Assembly (NCBI GenBank): GCA_038065395.1
Contig: JBBTRB010000003.1
Span: forward strand, 85,800 to 149,799
DNA length: 64,000 nucleotides
Source of the DNA: Patescibacteria group bacterium
GTDB taxonomy: Bacteria; Patescibacteriota; Minisyncoccia; Phycocordibacterales; PALSA-1337
Direction of reading: 5' to 3'
Shown here: in pieces, positions 27,784-36,749 of the stretch
Numbering within the stretch: the stretch's first letter is position 1
Layout: every line of letters starts with the position of its first letter
Notes under the pieces: generated by a model
The model's input: only the letters and a program-made list of their open reading frames with translations
Told to the model about the DNA's origin: nothing
Databases searched by the model: none
Translations under genes and position numbers: made by a program

Positions 27784-27835
27784 GGGTTTCGAATTGTTTA
27801 ATTGTTAAATAGTTCAATATATAACTATCCCCAGC
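27752..27835. repeat. AT-rich palindromic repeat, copy overlapping the ruvC 3' end
   Basis: attcaactattcaagcattgaaagattga...ttgttaaatagttcaatat. It shares 13-mer and 12-mer exact blocks with the upstream copy and encodes the last 10 codons of ruvC. Confidence 0.6.
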
Positions 27836-27911
27836 TTCTTTTTCTTGCAAAAAATACTGAGCTTTGTTACAACTGTGGCATATCCCTATTATTGAGTATT
27901 AAGCCCCGAGC

Positions 27912-28145
27912 ATGCCGAGAATAAAAACGACAAAAGCAAAAGAGACGAGCGCTTCATCTGAACCAGAAAAAATCGATGAGAAAATTCTTGAAGATGCCAC
28001 AGAAGTTGAAACAGCTGACATCGAGGACAAGACCGATGTTCCTATCGTTCCGATCGTGGACGCAGAAGAAGATGAGCTCGCTGAAGATGAAGATACTCTC
28101 GACACAGAAGAGATTGACCCCTTTGGTGATACATGGGAACAATAA
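27912..28145 (+). CDS. hypothetical small acidic protein
   Basis: 77 aa, very acidic (D/E-rich), upstream of the PBP gene. Confidence 0.3.
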   Translation: MPRIKTTKAKETSASSEPEKIDEKILEDATEVETADIEDKTDVPIVPIVDAEEDELAEDEDTLDTEEIDPFGDTWEQ

Positions 28146-28173
28146 GTTCCGCCGAGTGGTATACTATATATCT

Positions 28174-30696
28174 ATGATACGAAAACGCATCCGGAAGCAT
28201 CATCTGCGATCCGGTCTTTTGCTTGGAATCTCCTTTGGTCTGATAGTGACCGGTTTTGTGGCACTTTGGGTCGCTACACTACCGATGCCCGACCTTCACT
28301 CTTTCGAGAATCGCCAGATGCCGGAATCAACCAAGATTTATGATCGCACAGGCACGATCCTCCTCTATGATACCGGTACGAATGCAAAACGCACCGCCGT
28401 TCCCCTCTCCGAAATATCTCCTCTGATCCAAAATGCAACTATCGCCATAGAAGACTCAGACTTTTATACGAATATCGGTATCGAACCAATGTCGATCATT
28501 CGTGCGGTCTTGGCCAACATTGTATCCGGTGAATACGCACAAGGTGCCTCGACGATCACCCAACAAGTAGTCAAAAATTCTCTCCTGACTAAAGACAAGA
28601 CTATCACTCGTAAGATCAAAGAATGGGTCCTCGCTATCAAGCTCACCCGTGTCCTGAGCAAAGACGACATCCTCGAAACATATCTCAACGAAACTCCGTA
28701 TGGAGGCACTATCTATAGTGTCGAAGAAGCCAGTCGTGCATTCTTCGGCAGACCTGCGAAAGACGTCACTCTGGCACAGGCGGCATATCTCGGTGCGATC
28801 CCTCAGGCACCTACCTACTATTCTCCGTATGGCACACACAGAGAAGATCTCGATGCACGCAAGAACCTCGTCCTCTCACGCATGAAGACGCTCGGCATGA
28901 TATCAGAAGAAGAATACACCCAAGCAAAAGAAGAGGTTGTGCAGTTCTTGTCCAAAAATGAAGGCATACGTGCCCCCCACTTTGTGATGATGGTACGTGA
29001 ATATATCACCCAAAAATACGGCGAAGAACGTGCGAGCCGCGGCGGACTCCGCGTGATCACCTCTCTCGACTATACGATGCAAGAGAAGATGCAAGGCACT
29101 ATATCTCGATTCGCACCATCGCTTGAGACCAACTTCAATGCCAGTAACACTGCAATGGTCGCGCTCGACCCCAAGACTGGTGATATCTGGGCACTGGTCG
29201 GCTCTCGAGATTATTTTGATGCCGCAATCGACGGCAACTACAACATCGCACTAGCAAAACGCCAGCCAGGTTCGACCTTCAAGCCTTTTGTCTACGCCAA
29301 TATGTTTGCACTCGGCTATACCCCAGACACCGTACTCTTTGACGTAAAGACGGAATTCTCCACGCTCTGTACTGTGGAGGGTAAACCCAAGAAGTCCGAA
29401 GATGATCCCAAGAAGGTCTGTTACTCACCGGTTGAATATGACGGTCTATTCCCAGGGCCTATGTCGATCCGTGAAGCATTGGCGCATTCTCGTAACGTAC
29501 CTGCCGTCAAAGCCTTGTACCTCAGTGGTATTCCTCGGGCGCTCAAGATCGCGCGCGACATGGGTATCACCACCTTCACCGATCCAGATCGCTACGGCCT
29601 TACTCTCGTTCTTGGAGGCGGAGAGGTTACTCTTCTCGATCTGACCAGTGCTTATGGAGTCTTCGCCAATGATGGTGTCCGCAACCCATATCGATATGTT
29701 CTCGAAGTCTGGGATGGCGACCAGAAGCTCGAAGAAGCAGGCACTCGACCGAACCAGGTGATCCCTCCAGAGATAGCCCGCCAAGTATCGGATATCTTGT
29801 CTGACAACAAAGTCCGCATGGATAGTCTCAAACCGATCGCTGACAGTGTCGGAAGACAAGTCGCCATCAAAACCGGTACTACCAACGACTTCCGTGATGT
29901 ATGGACGCTCGGATACACACCAAATCTTGTGGTTGGTGCATGGGCTGGCAAGAACGACAACACAGCGATGGATCACAATGTTGCAGGTCTCATCATCTCT
30001 CCTGTCTGGGGTGCATTCGTATCCGATGCAGTCAAAGACCTCTCTCGTGAGAATTTCAAAACTCCTCCTGCACCGATCACCGACAACAAGCCAGTTCTCC
30101 ATGGTGTCTGGCAAGGAGGCGTATCATATTGGATCGACTCAGTATCCGGAAAATTGGCCACAGAATACACCCCAACCGAAACCAGACGAGAGGTCGTCGC
30201 CAACAGTGTACATTCCATACTCCACTGGGTAGACAAGGACGATCCGTCTGGCCCTGCACCCAAAGATCCCAAAGACGACTCTCAATACGAATATTGGGAA
30301 TATGGTGTACGTGCATGGTTCGACACTTGGAAACAAAGTAACCCTTCCTTCATAGAGAACAACACCGTAGTCATCCCCAAAGACAAAGACGACATCCATG
30401 GTCCTGATAAAGCCATCTCGATCAGGATCATAAGTCCAACCGCAAGTACCACTGTGGATCGCCACAATCTCCTTTCGATGCGTCTCCAGGCGGCATCAAG
30501 CAAGAATAAAATAGTTAAAACAGAAGTCTACCTCAACAACAAGTACGTACTGACTGCTGAGAGAGATCCTCTCAACTTCTCTTTCGTACCGAATGATGCA
30601 GGCGCCGTGTCTGGCAAGAATACCCTCCTCGTCCGCACATACGACGATGTATACAACAAGGGCGAAGCTACTCTCGAGTTCAACGTATCTCAGTAA
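28174..30696 (+). CDS. penicillin-binding protein 1A (bifunctional glycosyltransferase/transpeptidase)
   Basis: N-terminal transmembrane helix; GT51 motifs (IAIEDSDFY, GASTITQQ) and a transpeptidase domain (STFKP, SRN, KTGT); ATG at 28174. Confidence 0.85.
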   Translation: MIRKRIRKHHLRSGLLLGISFGLIVTGFVALWVATLPMPDLHSFENRQMPESTKIYDRTGTILLYDTGTNAKRTAVPLSEISPLIQNATIAIEDSDFYTNIGIEPMSIIRAVLANIVSGEYAQGASTITQQVVKNSLLTKDKTITRKIKEWVLAIKLTRVLSKDDILETYLNETPYGGTIYSVEEASRAFFGRPAKDVTLAQAAYLGAIPQAPTYYSPYGTHREDLDARKNLVLSRMKTLGMISEEEYTQAKEEVVQFLSKNEGIRAPHFVMMVREYITQKYGEERASRGGLRVITSLDYTMQEKMQGTISRFAPSLETNFNASNTAMVALDPKTGDIWALVGSRDYFDAAIDGNYNIALAKRQPGSTFKPFVYANMFALGYTPDTVLFDVKTEFSTLCTVEGKPKKSEDDPKKVCYSPVEYDGLFPGPMSIREALAHSRNVPAVKALYLSGIPRALKIARDMGITTFTDPDRYGLTLVLGGGEVTLLDLTSAYGVFANDGVRNPYRYVLEVWDGDQKLEEAGTRPNQVIPPEIARQVSDILSDNKVRMDSLKPIADSVGRQVAIKTGTTNDFRDVWTLGYTPNLVVGAWAGKNDNTAMDHNVAGLIISPVWGAFVSDAVKDLSRENFKTPPAPITDNKPVLHGVWQGGVSYWIDSVSGKLATEYTPTETRREVVANSVHSILHWVDKDDPSGPAPKDPKDDSQYEYWEYGVRAWFDTWKQSNPSFIENNTVVIPKDKDDIHGPDKAISIRIISPTASTTVDRHNLLSMRLQAASSKNKIVKTEVYLNNKYVLTAERDPLNFSFVPNDAGAVSGKNTLLVRTYDDVYNKGEATLEFNVSQ

Positions 30697-30944
30697 CTCT
30701 GGTCTTGCCCAACAATGTATTGATCTCTGCGATCAATCCATTCCTTTTGATGAAAATCTCATTACGAGCCGCCTGACTGATGCCTTGTAGAGTCACCTTT
30801 GTGGATTGTATGTGTATAGCCTCTAGAGGTACTTCTATAGAAATGTGTTTTTTTACGACCTCTGCTATGGTCGCATGGATGAAGAAGCTCCCTGCACGTG
30901 CGTTTTGTATCTTCTTGAAGAAGTCTCCGATACTGCGCATAGTG

Positions 30945-32048
30945 TTAGCGGTTCATCGGCATCGCGAGATACATGAAGGTCTGATCCCCTGACACAGGTC
31001 GGATGACCATAGGACGATTCGGCCCACTGATCTGGAACGATACACTGTCAGCGTCGATCGACTGGAAACAATCGGCGATATATTTGCAGTTAAAATTGAT
31101 CTCTACCTTATCCCCTGTCAAAGCCGCATCTATGGTCGTACTGTTCTCACCAATATCACTGTTCTTGGTCTGAATTTCGAGCGTCTTGTTCTTGGGATCA
31201 ACGATCAGTCGTATCTGGTTGAACTTATCAGAAAATATGTTGGATATCTTGAGACTATTGAGGATGTCTTGCTTCAGGAATACCGCTTCGGTAACGAAAG
31301 ATTTTGGGATGATCTGTCGATAATCCGGGAAAACTCCGTCAGTAACGCGAGATACGAGATATATTCCCTTCGACTCGAAAGATATGAGGTTCTTGTTCAT
31401 TCGAACATCTGATGTACCCCCTATCACCTCCAAAGTTCTTACCAAGTCTGAAATATTCTTGAAAGGAACCAGGATATCATTCACATGGAGAGATTGTGGT
31501 GCTTTTATCTTCTTTTCCGCCAAGCGGAATGAGTCTGTGGCCGCAAACACGACGTTTTCCTCGTCTCGGTATATATACACACTCGAAAGTTCTGGTTTTA
31601 CACTCGATACCGAGGCGCTATACCATACCGATCGCAAACCTTTGACGAAAAGCTCTGTAGGCAAAGGAGTCGCATCCTCTGTTACCCGAGGAATACTCGG
31701 AAAATCCTCAGAAGGAACGGTTTTGATGGTGCATTTTGATTTTGCAGATGTTACGAGCATGTTTCCTGATACAAGCTCGAGAGTCACTGTAGGGTTCTGG
31801 TCAGGAAGCTGAGAAATGAAAGCTGAGATAACCTGAGCTGGTATAGCGACCACCCCTTCCCCTTCTACCTTGGCAGGAATAGTGACTTCGATACCAATGT
31901 CGAGGTTGGTTGCCCGTAGAACAACTTCGCCTTTCTTGGCCTCAAAAAGGATACAAGAAAGAACGGGTAGAGTTGCATGCTTGCCAGAAATCTTCTCTAC
32001 TAAGGAAATCGATTCTTTGAGTTTCTTTGTTTGAGTTTCTATTTTCAT
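30945..32048 (-). CDS. dnaN: DNA polymerase III subunit beta
   Basis: 367 aa with the three-domain clamp; MKIETQTKKLKESISLVEKISGKHATLPVLSCILFEAKKGEVVLRATNLDIGIEV. Confidence 0.85.
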   Translation of the reverse strand: MKIETQTKKLKESISLVEKISGKHATLPVLSCILFEAKKGEVVLRATNLDIGIEVTIPAKVEGEGVVAIPAQVISAFISQLPDQNPTVTLELVSGNMLVTSAKSKCTIKTVPSEDFPSIPRVTEDATPLPTELFVKGLRSVWYSASVSSVKPELSSVYIYRDEENVVFAATDSFRLAEKKIKAPQSLHVNDILVPFKNISDLVRTLEVIGGTSDVRMNKNLISFESKGIYLVSRVTDGVFPDYRQIIPKSFVTEAVFLKQDILNSLKISNIFSDKFNQIRLIVDPKNKTLEIQTKNSDIGENSTTIDAALTGDKVEINFNCKYIADCFQSIDADSVSFQISGPNRPMVIRPVSGDQTFMYLAMPMNR

Positions 32049-32286
32049 AAGTATTCTTTATATTAAACAAAACTTTTCGTTATTAGGGATGTGGAAAAGT
32101 GGATAACGTGATAAAAAGGCTCAACGGTAAGGTCAAATGAGAAGATCTATTCTGGGTATAACCTGAAGATCTTCGGGTGGTGTGTGAGTAGGTTCTCATG
32201 GTGGTGAAGTTATACTATTCTTATTCCTGATTTGTTCCGTACTTATTATCGACTTTTCCTTGAGATAACCACAGGTTAATCCACAG
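32049..32286. promoter_or_regulatory. putative oriC segment: DnaA-box cluster in the dnaA-dnaN gap
   Basis: tgtggaaaa, agtggataa, ataaccaca and taatccaca (each 1-2 mismatches from TTATCCACA/TGTGGATAA), plus the AT-rich stretch tctttatattaaacaaaac. Confidence 0.5.
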
Positions 32287-33618
32287 TTATATCATCGACC
32301 GGATCTGTGTGACCTCCTGAGTCAGGACACTGTCGGACTTGAGTTCTTCTTTGACCTTCTCGTAGGAGTGGATGACGGTAGTATGGTCTCTTCCTCCGAG
32401 TTTCTCCCCTATTGAAGGGAAAGATATGCCAAAGTCTTCTCGGAGGATATACATGACCATTTGTCGTGGGCGTACGATCTCTTTGCGGCGAGTCTTGTCG
32501 TATATGCTTTGTTCGTCGATATTGTAGAAATCAGACACGATCTTGACGACTTCCTTCACCGAGACCATCTTTTTTGGTCGAGTGTTGTTCTTGAGGATGT
32601 TCTTGATCTCATTGAGGTTGAGCTCTTTGTTCTTGAGCTGTGTCTGGCAGGCCACGATGTTCACTACTCCCTCTATCTCACGGATATTGTCCTGGATCGA
32701 AGAAGCGAGGAACTCCATGAGCTCCAAAGGAAGGGTTATGTTGTGTGTGGCGCATTTGGTACGGACGATGGCCATACGAGACTCTTGGTCTGGTTCGGGG
32801 ATATCGACCGACATGCCGGCATTGAAACGGCTACGAACACGCTCCTCGAGGCCAGGAATGACGTTGGGGTGTTTGTCAGATGAGAAGATGAGCTGTCTCC
32901 CTGAGTCTTTGAAGGTATTGAATAGGTGGAAGAATTCTTCTTGGAATTTCTCTTTGCTCGAGAAGAACTGCACGTCGTCCATGATGACTACGTCGTATTT
33001 GCGATATTTCTCCTTGAAAGCCTGAGCCTTGCCTTCTTGGAGGGCACTGAGGAACTCGGAACCAAATCGTTCTGAAGTGAGGTAGTAGATCTTCTTGTTC
33101 GGGAATGCAGTCTTGATCTGATTGCCGATGGCTTGGATAAGGTGTGTTTTGCCACGACCAGGACCTCCATATATGAGGAGTGGGTTGTACATCTGGCCGG
33201 GACTCTTGATGACGGTCTGAGAGGCGGCATGAGCGAGCTCATTGAATGGTCCAACAATGAAATTTTCGAAGGTATAGCGAGGGTTGAGGTTGTTCTCCTT
33301 GTCGATATAGAAATCCTGCAGTGGCATGGCCATCGTCGGCATCATGACGGGCTTCTTGCCACGAGAAGAGTCGCCTTTTGAGCCGGATTCTTTCTCGATA
33401 ACATACTCGAGAGCTCTTACCTGTTCATTTGTCTGGCGCAAAATACGCAAAATCGAGTTGTGGAACTTCTTGACCAGCCATTCTTGAGTGAAAGAGTTAG
33501 GAACTCCGAGATATACTACCCCCTCTTCTTCTTTGATGATGCGAGTTTCTTTGAACCACGTGGAGAAGTTAGCCTGCGAAACAGCAGTTTCTATTTCTAC
33601 GAGAGCAGTCTGCCACAT
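32287..33618 (-). CDS. dnaA: chromosomal replication initiator protein DnaA
   Basis: GGPGRGKTHLIQAIGN Walker A, the DnaA signature and a C-terminal HTH; start taken at MWQTALVEIE. Confidence 0.9.
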   Translation of the reverse strand: MWQTALVEIETAVSQANFSTWFKETRIIKEEEGVVYLGVPNSFTQEWLVKKFHNSILRILRQTNEQVRALEYVIEKESGSKGDSSRGKKPVMMPTMAMPLQDFYIDKENNLNPRYTFENFIVGPFNELAHAASQTVIKSPGQMYNPLLIYGGPGRGKTHLIQAIGNQIKTAFPNKKIYYLTSERFGSEFLSALQEGKAQAFKEKYRKYDVVIMDDVQFFSSKEKFQEEFFHLFNTFKDSGRQLIFSSDKHPNVIPGLEERVRSRFNAGMSVDIPEPDQESRMAIVRTKCATHNITLPLELMEFLASSIQDNIREIEGVVNIVACQTQLKNKELNLNEIKNILKNNTRPKKMVSVKEVVKIVSDFYNIDEQSIYDKTRRKEIVRPRQMVMYILREDFGISFPSIGEKLGGRDHTTVIHSYEKVKEELKSDSVLTQEVTQIRSMI

Positions 33619-33747
33619 TTTGGAGTAGTCATGCATAAAATAGGTGCTATAAGTATATACCTGTTTATAGTTCTGCAAACTTGTGGAGGACGTAAAGTTA
33701 TGTTGATAAGTTGGGGACACGAAGTTTTGTTGTTTATTATGTCATTC

Positions 33748-33916
33748 GCGCCGGCGCAGGAGGCGTGTTGTCTCAACCCACGATCGACTTTGCTCACAAG
33801 AACTGAACTGTTCGCAAAGTCGTCTTTTCTCGGCGACGTCTAAGGTAGTCATTATTATCCTTGTGGACACGTCGCCTGCGAAGAGGGTTTCGTCAACACG
33901 CCTCCTGCGCCGGCGC
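33748..33916. repeat. three-stem structured element, copy A (23-bp perfect terminal inverted repeats GCGCCGGCGCAGGAGGCGTGTTG)
   Basis: Outer stem 33748-33770 with 33894-33916. The inner hairpins GACTTTGC...GCAAAGTC and GGCGACGT...ACGTCGCC are homologous to copy B at 49657-49808. Confidence 0.6.
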
Positions 33917-33951
33917 TTGCCTTTTTAGCAAAATAATGTAATATTCTACAC

Positions 33952-34086
33952 ATGTCAGTCACGTATCAACCAAAGAAACGCAAGCGCGCAAAGACACACG
34001 GCTTCCGTGTGCGCATGAAGACCACCTCAGGTCGCAAGGCTATTGCTCGCCGTCGTGCGAAAGGTCGCAAGCGCCTCGCTGTATAA
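33952..34086 (+). CDS. rpmH: 50S ribosomal protein L34
   Basis: Manual translation [44 protein letters not shown] (44 aa); below the ORF-track size cutoff. Confidence 0.8.
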   Translation: MSVTYQPKKRKRAKTHGFRVRMKTTSGRKAIARRRAKGRKRLAV

Positions 34087-34089
34087 GGC

Positions 34090-34425
34090 ATGCTTCCACG
34101 CTCACACAAACTTTCGGCTCACGATGTTGTGTATATTATGGAAAAGGGACGAGTAGCACACTCTCCCCTTTTTACGTTACGGTGGGTACCTGCCGAAGGT
34201 CATACTCGTATCTCGGCGATCGTCCCCAAGAAAACCGCCAAGATGGCTGTCGGACGCACTGGTCTCCGACGCAAGATATATCATGCTCTACGAGAGCTCT
34301 ATCCACGGATCGTCTCTGGCTTCAAGATCGCTGTTCTTGCGAAAACATCAGCGACAGATCTTACTCAAGAAGAAATCGCTCGTGGTATTACCGAGGCTTT
34401 CTCCAAAGCCAGACTCATAGCTTAG
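34090..34425 (+). CDS. rnpA: ribonuclease P protein component
   Basis: 111 aa, basic, directly after rpmH (conserved rpmH-rnpA-yidC order). Confidence 0.8.
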   Translation: MLPRSHKLSAHDVVYIMEKGRVAHSPLFTLRWVPAEGHTRISAIVPKKTAKMAVGRTGLRRKIYHALRELYPRIVSGFKIAVLAKTSATDLTQEEIARGITEAFSKARLIA

Positions 34426-34474
34426 GCTAACCCACTATCTTCACCTGCTTCGATAGTGTATATTTATCTTCTAT

Positions 34475-35233
34475 ATGTACCACGAACTCATCTTTCGCCC
34501 CCTCTACAACGGCCTGATCGGCATCATGGATATCCTTCCATTTGTTGATATCGGCATAGCCGTTATCATATTTACAGTTGTGGTGAAGGTCATCCTCTTC
34601 CCTCTTTCCAAATCCTCGATCCTCACCCAGATCCGCATGAAGGAAGTTGAACCTGAGATGAACAAGATCAAAGCCGAATACGCCAAAGATCGTCAGCTCC
34701 AAGCCATGAAGGTCATGGAACTCTACAAGACAAAGGGTATCCGTCCATTCGCAGGCATTCTTCTCCTTTTCATACAGCTCCCCTTCCTCTTTGCCCTCAT
34801 CTCAGTCTTTTACAAGATCATACCTACAGTGAACCCAGATTTCCTCTATAGCTTCATCTCTGCGCCAGACATCTCGACACGAATATACTTCTTGGGACTG
34901 ATCGATCTCTCTCAGAAGAGCTTCATCCTCGCGCTCCTGACAGGAGTATTGCAGTTCCTCCAGATCCACTATTCCCCTGCGATGCGTCAGAGCAAAAAGG
35001 CTGTGGTTGTTCCAGGAACCGAGAATGATTTCTCCACACAACTCGCTGGCTCTATGCAAAAGCAGATGAAGTTCATGCTCCCTATCATCGCATTCGCCTC
35101 TACCTACTGGCTGATCCCGATGAGTTTCCCTCAGGCGGCCGCGATCATCGCTATATATTGGTCTACAAGTACCGTTTTCACTCTGGCACAAGAGATCTAT
35201 ATTCGCAGACAGTATGAGAAGAAGAGGGTTTAG
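34475..35233 (+). CDS. yidC: membrane protein insertase YidC (short, Gram-positive-like)
   Basis: Five-TM core with KVMELYKTKGIRPFAGILLLFIQLPFLFALI; 252 aa. Confidence 0.85.
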   Translation: MYHELIFRPLYNGLIGIMDILPFVDIGIAVIIFTVVVKVILFPLSKSSILTQIRMKEVEPEMNKIKAEYAKDRQLQAMKVMELYKTKGIRPFAGILLLFIQLPFLFALISVFYKIIPTVNPDFLYSFISAPDISTRIYFLGLIDLSQKSFILALLTGVLQFLQIHYSPAMRQSKKAVVVPGTENDFSTQLAGSMQKQMKFMLPIIAFASTYWLIPMSFPQAAAIIAIYWSTSTVFTLAQEIYIRRQYEKKRV

Positions 35234-35258
35234 GGTGTCTGTGTCATTCCTGCTTCTC

Positions 35259-35446
35259 TTGTCATCCCCGCGAAAGCGGGGATCCAGAGGCAAGGGCGTG
35301 GCTACTGACTTATATCTATATCATCACAAACTATTAGGGACCATCCCTGTAATTGCATGCCGAACCTGTCACGTTCAGCGAAGATATAGATTAATCGGAC
35401 TATATACTGGAAGTGATCCTGGATCCCCGCTTTCGCGGGGATGACA
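35259..35446. mobile_element. MITE-like element: hairpin TIRs around a 125-bp ORF-less core
   Basis: tgtcatccccgcgaaagcggggatccagagg ... atcctggatccccgctttcgcggggatgaca; the core is about 78% identical to the reverse complement of the 62618-62804 core. Confidence 0.6.
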
Positions 35447-35451
35447 CAGTA

Positions 35452-36747
35452 CTAATTACTGGACACCAGATCCAACGACCACAATGATAGGTCGTTTTTG
35501 TTCATGAAGAAAAGGAAGTCGTCACGTTCGTCGAGTTGAAGATTGAAAGAGTTGATGATTCGATCTGCCTTGTCAGAGAGCGAAGTCACAAGACGCACCT
35601 CACCTGTCGTTGCATTCACATCCCATATTTTGTCACTGGTTGATACAGTCCCCTTGTACCAGTCATCTGGATACGAAGCGTCGGGGAAAGATGTAGGAAC
35701 CCCACAATAGACGATGTGTTTGTAGAAATTACCCCAGACACATTTCTCGGCAAGCGTTTTGATACCTGGATCGAGGGTCTTTTCGGTACTGACAGTGTAG
35801 AGTGCCGAAGAGATCATTCCTGCCTGGTCGGTGAATGAAGCGAAGACCTGTTTTGCATCATGACTAGTACGAGTGGTAAGACCGACGGTTGGGCCGAGGA
35901 CTTTCTTCCATATACCGGTCTTTGGATTGACGAAATAGAGGAAGCCGCTTTGTTGAGAAGATGCTTTTGTAGTAAGGGTGATGGTGTTCTCTTCTGGCCA
36001 TTCGGCTACGAGCTGTGTCAGAGGTGTGTCGAATATACGTGTGATAGCCGAACCCTGGAATGTAGAGACGTACCCAACTCCCCTACCGTTCTCCTCGATG
36101 AGCATGAATACCTTGTCCTTTCGGGGTGAGGTTGCATACGAGATGATATTCGGAGGGAGTTTTTGACCCTTGAGTTCATACGGAGTTGTGCCAAGAGACT
36201 CTGGTGTCGAGGTGCCAACAGTCTTGGTTCGGATCAGTCCTGCATAAAGAGTTGTTGCTACCTCGGTGGTTTCTTCGAGTACAGAGGCGATGAATGCTGA
36301 CAGGTCTCTGTTCCATAGGCTCGTATAGGTGCGCGGTACAACTGTGTTGGAGAGTACGGAGGTGTCGAGTGTGTCACTGTGAGCTTCGATGACATTGCCA
36401 CGACCACGATCTACCCAGCGTACGAAGGTGGTCCGGGCAGTGGTGCTCGCACCGTACCCACCGACAGGTGTGTCACTCAAGAGTCGTAGGCTTGGAATAA
36501 CGACGACAGGCTGTTGCTGGGTCGAAGTTGCCTGTGAGGTCGGTTCGCCGGTACTCGGTGTCTGGGTCGGCATGTTCCCTGTTGAAGGACGGTTGAGAGG
36601 TTGGAAACCCGTGATACGACCGATCGGGTCAATGGTCTGGGTTACGGAGTTGCTTGTAGGTGCAATGAACCAATACGCAAAACCCGCAAGGATGATTACC
36701 AGGAGAAGTGTTGCTATAAGAAGGATTGTTTTTTTCTTTGATGACAT
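35452..36747 (-). CDS. hypothetical membrane-anchored secreted protein (T4SS operon)
   Basis: 431 aa with an N-terminal transmembrane helix and a Thr/Ser-rich linker. Confidence 0.5.
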   Translation of the reverse strand: MSSKKKTILLIATLLLVIILAGFAYWFIAPTSNSVTQTIDPIGRITGFQPLNRPSTGNMPTQTPSTGEPTSQATSTQQQPVVVIPSLRLLSDTPVGGYGASTTARTTFVRWVDRGRGNVIEAHSDTLDTSVLSNTVVPRTYTSLWNRDLSAFIASVLEETTEVATTLYAGLIRTKTVGTSTPESLGTTPYELKGQKLPPNIISYATSPRKDKVFMLIEENGRGVGYVSTFQGSAITRIFDTPLTQLVAEWPEENTITLTTKASSQQSGFLYFVNPKTGIWKKVLGPTVGLTTRTSHDAKQVFASFTDQAGMISSALYTVSTEKTLDPGIKTLAEKCVWGNFYKHIVYCGVPTSFPDASYPDDWYKGTVSTSDKIWDVNATTGEVRLVTSLSDKADRIINSFNLQLDERDDFLFFMNKNDLSLWSLDLVSSN

Positions 36748-36749
36748 GG

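Noticed and set aside
27976-28173. N-terminal 66-codon extension of the PBP1A ORF
   Set aside because: It overlaps the small acidic ORF and lacks the expected cytoplasmic-tail and transmembrane-helix start. The ATG at 28174 directly precedes the basic stretch and transmembrane helix typical of class A PBPs.
34802-35444. ORFs 34802-35293 (minus; starts MPLDPRFRGDDK) and 35214-35444 (plus; ends DPGSPLSRG)
   Set aside because: One is antisense to yidC. The other spans only MITE sequence. Their repeat-derived peptide ends are by-products of the hairpin repeat being open in five of six frames.
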